This document shows positions 49,671-57,933 of a stretch of DNA of 64,000 bases, one piece after another. Positions within the stretch are counted from its first letter, which is position 1, and every line of letters starts with the position of its first letter. Under the pieces are notes generated by a model. The model had not been told where the DNA came from. It searched no databases and saw only the letters and a program-made list of their open reading frames with translations. This DNA is from Ignavibacteria bacterium UBA2360 (lineage in GTDB: Bacteria; Bacteroidota; Ignavibacteria; Tepidaquicellales; OLB5): the NCBI GenBank assembly GCA_002344125.1, contig DDTQ01000004.1, positions 4,717-68,716 of the forward strand, written 5' to 3'. The translations under genes were made by a program, and so were the position numbers.

Positions 49671-49988
49671 ATGAAAATAAAGAATATTAATATTAAAGAT
49701 AGTCAAGTTAATTTTGCGGACAAAATTGATTCGATAAATTACAATCAGAATACTAGTGTTAATGAAAGTCAATTTGAAGATATTAAGAAAACAATTCTTA
49801 GTCTATCAAATGAAGAGAAAGCAGTTTTGTTGAGCCACCATAAAGAAATTGTAAATGATGCAAACATTGATTCTAAGATGTCTAAAATGGAAAGTGTAAA
49901 GGCTTTTTTGATTAGGAATGGTTCATCAATGATAACTTCTGTTTCTGCAAATGCAATTTATGAAGTTTTAAAAACGTTTTTAGTATAG
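49671..49988 (+). CDS. hypothetical 105-aa protein sharing an N-terminal motif with the ROCO C-terminus
   Basis: It starts 31 nt downstream of the ROCO gene, on the same strand and with the same low GC. The N-terminal INIKDSQVNFADKIDSI compares with the ROCO tail INIDNSLVNFADSIGDI. Confidence 0.6.
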   Translation: MKIKNINIKDSQVNFADKIDSINYNQNTSVNESQFEDIKKTILSLSNEEKAVLLSHHKEIVNDANIDSKMSKMESVKAFLIRNGSSMITSVSANAIYEVLKTFLV

Positions 49989-50603
49989 TCGTGTTCCCGC
50001 TATCGCCTCCACAATTGTCGTTCCTTTGACCCCCTCTTTGTCTCCCCCTGTTAGGGGGAGAGAATTGATAAACCCCTCCTTCAACTCATCCCACTTCATT
50101 CCTATTTCCGTCTGATTAGGTACAAGCAATTCATCCGTTATCTCATCGCCATCGGCAAAGTTCAGCTCGCAAGCGTGAACGTTTTGGGGATTCTTATAGT
50201 CATATATCGGCATACCGAACCTGCGGCAAATTACCGGGCGCGCTTCGTAGATGGTGCATTCGCCTTCGGTGCCAAGGGCGGGGCAGGGGACCTCCTCTGT
50301 TACAACACTGACCCCCTCTGCGAACATACCTGCGGTATGTTCTTTTTCTCCCCCTGTCAGGGGGAGATTCGTTAAATAATCCCTCGCCTTTTGCTGCAGC
50401 TCCTCACGCCGCTCCCGCGGCAATGCCCGGATATGATCCTGTATAATATACGCATCTATCAAAGTAATTTTAAATATCTGTGAGCAGCACTTACTGCAGC
50501 CCTTCCGGCACTGTATCTTATCGCCATATATCTCAAGGTTGCGGTCAAATTCCACCTGTATAAGCGAGGTAATATCGTAAAATTTTTGTTTGATTTCAGT
50601 CAT
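49980..50603 (-). CDS. YkgJ-family Cys-cluster (zinc/iron-chelating) protein carrying two in-frame palindromic-element insertions
   Basis: CRKGCSKCCSQ (CxxxCxxCC) near the N-terminus, with later Cys residues (CPALG..C..., CRRFG). Two LPLTGG(E/D)KE segments are encoded by 21-nt palindromes at 50041 and 50347. Confidence 0.65.
   Translation of the reverse strand: MTEIKQKFYDITSLIQVEFDRNLEIYGDKIQCRKGCSKCCSQIFKITLIDAYIIQDHIRALPRERREELQQKARDYLTNLPLTGGEKEHTAGMFAEGVSVVTEEVPCPALGTEGECTIYEARPVICRRFGMPIYDYKNPQNVHACELNFADGDEITDELLVPNQTEIGMKWDELKEGFINSLPLTGGDKEGVKGTTIVEAIAGTRLY
50041..50061. repeat. family-B palindrome tctccccct-gtt-agggggaga (inside CDS)
   Basis: Perfect 9-bp stem with a 3-nt loop. It encodes LPLTGGD on the minus strand. 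Confidence 0.8.
50347..50367. repeat. family-B palindrome tctccccct-gtc-agggggaga (inside CDS)
   Basis: Identical to the 50041 copy except for one loop base. It lies 306 nt (102 codons) away, so it is in the same frame, and encodes LPLTGGE. Confidence 0.8.
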
Positions 50604-50680
50604 ATTGTACGGAACAAATATAAGTATTATTGATATAATGATATATTCTAAGTTTTACGGGTAGTCACCAAAATTGCTGA

Positions 50681-50810
50681 AAACACACCCCTTCGCAATT
50701 GCATAAATGCAATTGCTCTTCCCCTCTCAAGAGGGGAATCTGAATCTTAATTCCCCTCTCAAGAGGGGTGGCTTCATCCCGAGCATTCGGGATAAAGACG
50801 GGGTGTGTTT
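50681..50810. repeat. 130-bp composite nested-hairpin element (MITE-like or structured RNA)
   Basis: Outer 11-bp inverted arms aaacacacccc / ggggtgtgttt enclose four structures. These are the 22-bp perfect palindrome gcaattgcat-aa-atgcaattgc, two ttcccctc-tcaa-gagggg(aa) hairpins, and atcccga-gcat-tcgggat. Confidence 0.7.
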
Positions 50811-50920
50811 CGTCAGGTTTTAAGATCAATATCGAGGCTTGATCAGGAATTTTCTATCCCCTGAATATGGTTTGAAATAGTGAGGAATTTAAAGTAAATT
50901 TACGGTTCTAATTTAAAAAT

Positions 50921-52084
50921 ATGATAAAAAAGTCTTCAAAATTTAAGCTTTTCGGCATTTTAACCGTCATTTTGGTTAGCGGTTTAGTCTATACACAGGC
51001 AGATTACTCACAGGAAGCCAACAAATCAACTAAAATTGTTGAAACTGAGAGTGTTACAAACAATACAAGCCCAACTAACTTAAAAGGGTACAAAAAGGTA
51101 ACACTGCCATTTGAAAACGCAGAAACAATTGATGCCCAAATTGAAGACTATTTGTTTGACCTGTGGCCAATTATGAACGATGATGAGATACAGGCCATCA
51201 TTGGCAGCAAGGATATATCCAAAAAGCTGGTGAATGATACTCTTGGTCACGTTGAGTTCAGCCTCACAATTAACGTACCTGAGCACTACCTTGACCCAAC
51301 CCCAACAATGCTGTGGGAGCTTAACATACCTGAGTTCACTTCACGTATTTACCAGATATATAACAACGATACTATTCTAATAACTGTATGGCCTAACGTT
51401 GTTGGCGCGCCATCAACCAAAACCTATACAGGTTACTATAATATTTTCAGGCTTCGCAACTGGCCTACTTGGAAAGATCCCGAAAGCGACCCGCTTGAAC
51501 CCGCAACACCGCCCGGACCGGGCAACCCGCTGGGTTTATTTGCCGCGCATTATGATGAGAACTCACTGCGATATTTCCATGGTACCAATAAGAACGGTTT
51601 GCTTAAAAATGAATACCGTGCGCTTTCGCACGGCTGCGTAAGGAATGATAACGGCAACATCGATAAGATGAAGAAATTCATAGTGAAACGAATGGTTACC
51701 AGCCAGGATATCAGCTTCTGGGCTAACAGCAAGAAATCAATGATGTATAACTTCACCGAAGAGGAAAAGCAGAAATTCCCGGTGAGAATTAAATACAAAA
51801 CTTTTGAAATTGGCAATGATTCCTACGGCGACTATATTGTGTTCTTCAAAGATGTGTACGGCTACGCCCGCGGAAACCGCTGGAGCAAGTTTGACAGGGA
51901 AGAGCTCATGACATTTTCAACCGTCGAAAATATTGTTGCTGAATATAAAGCAGAACATAAACCAAACCAATTCCAGCTAAGTGATGATAAACTAATACCA
52001 ATTGTTGAAAGCCTGATCTCAGATCACAAAGATTATCAAAAGTATTATTTTGATGATCTCCATCAGGGTTCACAGACCAAGTAA
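50921..52084 (+). CDS. L,D-transpeptidase (YkuD) family protein
   Basis: Signal/TM N-terminus. Catalytic motif context YFHGTNKNGLLKNEYRALSHGCVRN (H...S-x-G-C-x-R). Confidence 0.7.
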   Translation: MIKKSSKFKLFGILTVILVSGLVYTQADYSQEANKSTKIVETESVTNNTSPTNLKGYKKVTLPFENAETIDAQIEDYLFDLWPIMNDDEIQAIIGSKDISKKLVNDTLGHVEFSLTINVPEHYLDPTPTMLWELNIPEFTSRIYQIYNNDTILITVWPNVVGAPSTKTYTGYYNIFRLRNWPTWKDPESDPLEPATPPGPGNPLGLFAAHYDENSLRYFHGTNKNGLLKNEYRALSHGCVRNDNGNIDKMKKFIVKRMVTSQDISFWANSKKSMMYNFTEEEKQKFPVRIKYKTFEIGNDSYGDYIVFFKDVYGYARGNRWSKFDREELMTFSTVENIVAEYKAEHKPNQFQLSDDKLIPIVESLISDHKDYQKYYFDDLHQGSQTK

Positions 52085-52133
52085 ACAGGTAATTTAACAA
52101 AACGGAATTACCTCAATTATCCTCTGGTATTAT

Positions 52134-55100
52134 TTGAAGCAAATTCCCAAAATTGCGGTCTTTTTCTCTTTATTGCTAACTGGAATACTCTATTCGCAGC
52201 CCAATACCTTTGGCGATATTAATTATAAAAAATTCATAACAACCGTTGCCGGTGAAGATTCACTGATATCTTTGCCCGATAAATTCATTAAGTTCGGAAG
52301 CCTCACTGTCTATTCAGATTCCGCTGAAGTTAGCCCCGCTGACTATTACGTTGACTACCGTTTTGGTAAGATCAGGTTGTATAGATCCTTCATCGATGAT
52401 ATTATAAACAGCGGGCAGCCTGAAAGGCTGCAATTGATAGTCACATATCAAAACTACCCATTTGATATTGCCGATACTTATTCACGCTTCGAGGTGCTGA
52501 ACAAACTTGATACTGCCGCAGGCGATAGCGTCAAAGTGGTTGAAATAAGATCCGATTTCGTTGAAGATATTTTCGCCGGCACCGATCTTCAAAAATCTGG
52601 CAGCATATTCCGCGGCTTTACTCTTGGCAATAACCGCGATCTTTCACTTCAGTCAGGCTTCCGCCTGCAGTTAAATGGCAAGCTTTCAAGCGATATTGAT
52701 ATTACCGCCGCACTGACGGATGAAAATACACCCATCCAGCCCGAAGGCAATACCCAGAAGCTGCAGGAAATTGACAAGGTGTTTGTTGAACTTCGTTCAA
52801 GCAATATCACAACAACGCTGGGTGATATTGAAGTGAATTTTTCGGGCAGTGAATTTTTCAATTTTAACAAAAAACTCCAGGGCGCAAAAGGATTCGCCAA
52901 TTTTGATAAGACCGATCTGTTCTTAACAGGCGCCATTAGCCGGGGCAGATTCAACAGTAATTCTTTCAACGGACAGGATGGAGTACAGGGACCGTACCGC
53001 CTGATTGGCGCGGATAATGAAGTTAATATTGTTGTAATTGCGGGCAGTGAAAAGGTTTATTTAGATGGTATTTTAATGACGCGCGGTGAAAGCAATGATT
53101 ATACCATAGATTACTCCAACGGGCAGATAAAATTCACAAACAACAGGCTAATAACTAATGCTTCTAGGATCGTTGTTGATTTTGAATACTCCGATAAGAA
53201 ATATTCACGCAGCTTCATAGCGGGTCAAACCCGCACTGCCGTGATAAATGACAGGCTCAAGCTTTCCTTTTCCTATATCCGTGAGCGCGATGACCCGGAT
53301 AAACCTATTGACTTTGTTCTCTCTGATACTGACAAAACAATTATCTCAAACGCCGGTGATAGTAAATTTCTGGCTTCAAAGAGCGGGGTCGTGTTCGTAG
53401 GAAGGGATACTGCCGGCAATTCACTTGGGCTGTATATTCAGCGTGATACCCTTATAAATTCCCAAACATTCACCAAATACATCTACGCACCGGGTGATAC
53501 TAACGCTCTGTATCAGGTTACATTTTCATTTGTGGGTTTAGGCAAGGGTGACTATAACAGCCTAAGCAGCAATGCATTTGTTTTTGCCGGCATTGGTGCC
53601 GGCAGTTACCTGCCTCTGGTATTTTTTCCGCTGCCTGTTGCATATCAATCCGCTGATGTGGGTCTGAATTTCAAGATCGCGAAGGATCTTTCTTTGTTGA
53701 TGGAAGGCACAGCCAGCGATTTTGACGCCAACCTGCTGAGCGATGCCGATGACACTGAAAACAAAGGCGGCGCATTCACATCCTCGCTGATCTTCAATCC
53801 TAAAAATTTCAGGCTTGGCAAATTATCACTGGGTGAAGTTCAGTTCAATATAAGGCAGCGAGTTGTCAATAAGCTGTACAATGCTGTGGATAGGCTCAAC
53901 AGGGTTGAGTATGACAGGATCTGGGATATCCAGGATTCCAGTAAACTCACCGAGGTTACCACTGAAGCGGGTTTAAGCATTAACCCCGGAAAATATATCC
54001 GCGTGGTTACTTCTGCGGGCAGAATAAAAAGGGGCGACTCCTTTAACTCAATGCGCGGATCAATTGATCTTAAGTTCGCCGGCGATAGCCTGCTGGCGCC
54101 ATCTGTTACATATTACGCTGATTATATTTCAAGCAAAGATAACACCATAGATTACGGTGGAAAGTGGCTGCGCCAGTTCGGAAGTATCGACTATAAGCTG
54201 AAGCCCTTCAAAGATGAAAAATTTGGAAAGTATAATCTGATAGTGGAATTTAATGGTGAAGATAAACAAACCCGCTCGCTTAACTTTGATACAACCAATA
54301 CCGGCAGTTTCAGGTTTTACGAGTTCAAGCCGAAATTTATCATTACCGATCTGCTGAATCTCGATCTTGCATACCAGTTCAATTACAGGTTTGATGACCA
54401 GTTCTCTGCCGGAACACTTGCAAGACAGTCAAATTCATACACCAGCACAGTTGGGGTGAGGGTAAAGAACCTGAACTTTCTTTCTGCTTCGGGAGATGTA
54501 ATTGTGTATGATAAAAAATATACTCCTGAGTTCCAAAGCAAAGGCTTTACTGATAGCCGAACTATACTTGTTACTTCGCAAAGCAATGTATGGTTCCTTA
54601 ACCGCGGATTTAATACGAACCTGTTCTATAAAGTATCCAGTGAGCGTACCGCAAAACAGGAAGTTGTGTTTATTTCAGTTCCATTGGGACAGGGAAACTA
54701 CAAGTATATCGGCGATCTTAACAACAACGGTCTGCAGGATGAAAATGAATTTGTGCTGACAAGCTTTGATGGCGACTACATTAAAATTCTGCGGCCCACC
54801 GATCAGCTTTTCCCTACCACCGATCTGCAAAGCTCCGCTTCGCTTAACCTGGTTCCTTCAAGGTTTATAGCCTCAATGAAAAGCGGAGCTGTTAAGACCG
54901 CGCTTAACAATATAACTTCTGATACTTACGTAAGCGTTTCAGAAAAAAGCAAAGATCCTTTGCAGCGGAATATTTACCTGCTTAAATTCAGCACATTCCA
55001 GAACGACGAAAATACAATTACTGGGGCAACAACCGTACAGCAGGATCTTGGCATTTTTGAAAATTATGAGTATTTCGGTGTGAAGCTGCGCTTTGTACAG

Positions 55101-55667
55101 CGAAAAGGTTTTACGCAGTATTTTTCAGGCAATGAAAGACTGCTTAATGTTGAAAGAACCGGAAGGCTGCGGCTTTCCTTCACACCTGATCTAGCGCTGG
55201 TGACCGACTATGTAACGCAGATAGAGCGTAATTCCGCCCCCGCCGTTGAAATTCGCAACTGGAATATCAATACCGAAGGGGTAACATCCGAAATTATTTA
55301 TAAACCAACTCAGTTTATCGAAACAGGCTTTAAGGTGCAGATAAAACGGGCAAACGACTTTTACCCCGCTGCGCCAACACAGGCTGATATAAATGTCCAG
55401 ACCTTCAGGTTAACATATTCGCTCTCTGGCAAAGGCACCCTGCGAAGCGAAATTTCACGCAATGAAGTTATTCTGAATGCAAACCCGGCATTTTTGCCGT
55501 TTGATCTAACCAAAGGACTCGTCGCAGGCAAAAGTTATTTCTGGTCAATAAACTTTGAATACAGGATTAGCAATTTCATCCAGGCAACAATAAATTACTT
55601 CGGCAGGGCCGAAGATAAGTCCAAGGTAATTCACACGGGCACCGCGGAAATAAGAGCGTATTTTTGA
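52134..55667 (+). CDS. 1177-aa outer-membrane beta-barrel-like protein of unknown function
   Basis: TTG start, signal peptide (IAVFFSLLLTGILYSQ), beta-rich sequence throughout, and a C-terminal aromatic beta-signal (...AEIRAYF). I cannot assign a family. Confidence 0.6.
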   Translation: MKQIPKIAVFFSLLLTGILYSQPNTFGDINYKKFITTVAGEDSLISLPDKFIKFGSLTVYSDSAEVSPADYYVDYRFGKIRLYRSFIDDIINSGQPERLQLIVTYQNYPFDIADTYSRFEVLNKLDTAAGDSVKVVEIRSDFVEDIFAGTDLQKSGSIFRGFTLGNNRDLSLQSGFRLQLNGKLSSDIDITAALTDENTPIQPEGNTQKLQEIDKVFVELRSSNITTTLGDIEVNFSGSEFFNFNKKLQGAKGFANFDKTDLFLTGAISRGRFNSNSFNGQDGVQGPYRLIGADNEVNIVVIAGSEKVYLDGILMTRGESNDYTIDYSNGQIKFTNNRLITNASRIVVDFEYSDKKYSRSFIAGQTRTAVINDRLKLSFSYIRERDDPDKPIDFVLSDTDKTIISNAGDSKFLASKSGVVFVGRDTAGNSLGLYIQRDTLINSQTFTKYIYAPGDTNALYQVTFSFVGLGKGDYNSLSSNAFVFAGIGAGSYLPLVFFPLPVAYQSADVGLNFKIAKDLSLLMEGTASDFDANLLSDADDTENKGGAFTSSLIFNPKNFRLGKLSLGEVQFNIRQRVVNKLYNAVDRLNRVEYDRIWDIQDSSKLTEVTTEAGLSINPGKYIRVVTSAGRIKRGDSFNSMRGSIDLKFAGDSLLAPSVTYYADYISSKDNTIDYGGKWLRQFGSIDYKLKPFKDEKFGKYNLIVEFNGEDKQTRSLNFDTTNTGSFRFYEFKPKFIITDLLNLDLAYQFNYRFDDQFSAGTLARQSNSYTSTVGVRVKNLNFLSASGDVIVYDKKYTPEFQSKGFTDSRTILVTSQSNVWFLNRGFNTNLFYKVSSERTAKQEVVFISVPLGQGNYKYIGDLNNNGLQDENEFVLTSFDGDYIKILRPTDQLFPTTDLQSSASLNLVPSRFIASMKSGAVKTALNNITSDTYVSVSEKSKDPLQRNIYLLKFSTFQNDENTITGATTVQQDLGIFENYEYFGVKLRFVQRKGFTQYFSGNERLLNVERTGRLRLSFTPDLALVTDYVTQIERNSAPAVEIRNWNINTEGVTSEIIYKPTQFIETGFKVQIKRANDFYPAAPTQADINVQTFRLTYSLSGKGTLRSEISRNEVILNANPAFLPFDLTKGLVAGKSYFWSINFEYRISNFIQATINYFGRAEDKSKVIHTGTAEIRAYF

Positions 55668-55804
55668 TTTCGGATTTAGCAATTCAAACTGCTGATTACG
55701 GTAGCCTTTGCTTTTCTTGGAGTGCATTGACTGTGTCAATTCATACTTCGTATTTCATTTCGCAGGGTTTCACAAATTGATTTTAGCTTCTTAAATTTAA
55801 ACAT

Positions 55805-56356
55805 ATGAGAAAACTTACACACGAAGAAGTCGGGAAGAAACGAATCTCGCTTGAAGAAACCGGAAAAATAAAACGCCATCCTGTTTATGCATTGGCGGAT
55901 AATATCCGCAGCATTTATAATGTTGGCTCAATATTCCGCACAAGTGATGCCGCGCTGATTGAAAAGCTGTACTTAACGGGCTACACACCATATCCGCCCA
56001 GACCCGAAATAGAAAAAGTTGCGCTTGGCGCAACCGATGCCGTGCCATGGGAATATATTAAAGATCCCATTGAAGCGGTTAAGAAATTCAAAGCTCAGGG
56101 TATAAAGATCGTTCCACTGGAAATAACCGAAAACAGCAGGAATTATACCGATATAGAACCCAGTGATTTTCCGCTGTGCCTGGTATTAGGGAATGAACTT
56201 ACCGGTGTATCAAATGAAATTATTGAAATCGCGGATTTTTCGATCGAAATACCGCAATACGGATTCAAACACTCAATTAATGTTTCAGTAGCATACGGTG
56301 TGGCAGTGATGGAATTGGTAAGGAAGTATAATCATCATTCGCTGGGCTCAGAATGA
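55805..56356 (+). CDS. SpoU/TrmH-family RNA 2'-O-methyltransferase
   Basis: SPOUT motifs NVGSIFRTSDA, LVLGNELTGVS and IEIPQYGFKHSINVSVAYGVAVMEL. Confidence 0.8.
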   Translation: MRKLTHEEVGKKRISLEETGKIKRHPVYALADNIRSIYNVGSIFRTSDAALIEKLYLTGYTPYPPRPEIEKVALGATDAVPWEYIKDPIEAVKKFKAQGIKIVPLEITENSRNYTDIEPSDFPLCLVLGNELTGVSNEIIEIADFSIEIPQYGFKHSINVSVAYGVAVMELVRKYNHHSLGSE

Positions 56357-57925
56357 CAGTTTATTTTTGTATTCGAGATTACCGCCCAGGTGTGTTTCAA
56401 AAATTGTAACTTCATTTAAACTTTCTTCATCCATTTCGAAAATATCTTCATCCATAATCACAAAATCCGCAACTTTACCATTTGTTATACTTCCAACGGC
56501 ATTCTCGTTATGAGAGGCATAAGCGTTATTTATACAATATGCCTTCAGGCATTCATGCAATGGAATTTTATGCTCCGGCGTAAACTCACCATACTTTGTA
56601 TCTCGGGTTACAGCAAGCCGAATGTTTTCAAACGGATCAGCTTCCACTATCGGAAAATCTGTGCCGAAATTCATGATGCCGCCCGCTTTGGTGATATGGT
56701 AATAATTATGTGTATGCGGTATTAGCCTGGCGGGGAGCTTTTCAAACACGGTGCGCGCATCATATTTAAGGTGCAGAGGCTGCACCGATGCGATCACTCC
56801 GTACTCACCGAATTTGTCTATATCAGCGGGCTGAATATGCTGCGCATGCTCAATCCTGTGGCGAAGCCGGTTGGTATTTGGCAGCCCGGCATATAGCTCG
56901 AGTACCTCGCTGACCGCTTTATCGCCGATAGCGTGAATTATCATCTGCTTCCCTGCAGCATCTATTTTTTCTGCAAGCTCATATATTCTGCCTGATCTCA
57001 CAATTTCCGTTGTATAGCCGTTATGTTTTCGCCTTTTATAGTTCTGTGAAAACAGCGCTGTTTCAGAGCCCAACGCGCCATCCCAAAAAGCTTTGAATCC
57101 AACAATAGAATAATGATCTTTATCAATCTCTGTGGTTCTATCAAGGTGGTATTGCAGATTTTCAAATTCATCAAAGGGTATGTATGAGTTGATCCGTATG
57201 TTTAGCTTATCTTGCCTGTACAATTCCAAATATACATCAATATCCCCGGGCAGAGTAATATCTCCCACTGAGGTAATTCCATAGGAGTGCAGCATCTTAA
57301 TGCACTCATAAACTGCGTCACATTTTTCTTTGAGAGAGGGTGGGGGAATTGTATCGTAAACTCTGTACATAACTCTTTCTGCAGCAAAGCCGGTCAATTT
57401 TCCCGCTGATGAAATTTCAATTTCATCTTTCGGCAAATTTGTTTCGTTTACATCAATACCCGCCAAAGCTAAAGCTTTGCTGTTGCATATTGCGGAATGG
57501 TAATCGTAATTAGTTATGTATAAAGGCAGTTCGCTGAAAATGTCATCAATAATATTGCCTCGGGTTGTATCGTGGTTTTCAAATACTTTGTTCAGATCTA
57601 AATTGCCGCCAATTACCCAGTTTACTTTATTATTACTAACGTAAGCTTCAATTGCAGATTTAAGCTCCGCAACTGAATCTATCCTGGAACAATCCAGCCG
57701 CTTCATCATCACACCGCCATTTACCAAATGCAGGTGGCCATCAATTAAACCGGGCAGTACTAATTTACCCTTTAGATCCGTTATTTTGGGATATTTATCT
57801 TTAAGGGTAGCTGCTTCTGCGTTTGAACCTGAAAAATCGAAGTGACCGTTATTTACCCCGAAGCTTTCTGTGTAGCTTCCATCAGGCTGCCATACTTTGG
57901 CATTTATGTATAATGTTGAAGACAC
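56348..57925 (-). CDS. amidohydrolase-family metal-dependent hydrolase
   Basis: LPGLIDGHLHL (HxH metal site) with later HAIGD and EHAQH motifs. Convergent 9-nt overlap with the trmH-like gene. Confidence 0.75.
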   Translation of the reverse strand: MSSTLYINAKVWQPDGSYTESFGVNNGHFDFSGSNAEAATLKDKYPKITDLKGKLVLPGLIDGHLHLVNGGVMMKRLDCSRIDSVAELKSAIEAYVSNNKVNWVIGGNLDLNKVFENHDTTRGNIIDDIFSELPLYITNYDYHSAICNSKALALAGIDVNETNLPKDEIEISSAGKLTGFAAERVMYRVYDTIPPPSLKEKCDAVYECIKMLHSYGITSVGDITLPGDIDVYLELYRQDKLNIRINSYIPFDEFENLQYHLDRTTEIDKDHYSIVGFKAFWDGALGSETALFSQNYKRRKHNGYTTEIVRSGRIYELAEKIDAAGKQMIIHAIGDKAVSEVLELYAGLPNTNRLRHRIEHAQHIQPADIDKFGEYGVIASVQPLHLKYDARTVFEKLPARLIPHTHNYYHITKAGGIMNFGTDFPIVEADPFENIRLAVTRDTKYGEFTPEHKIPLHECLKAYCINNAYASHNENAVGSITNGKVADFVIMDEDIFEMDEESLNEVTIFETHLGGNLEYKNKLSF

Positions 57926-57933
57926 TTTGTAAA

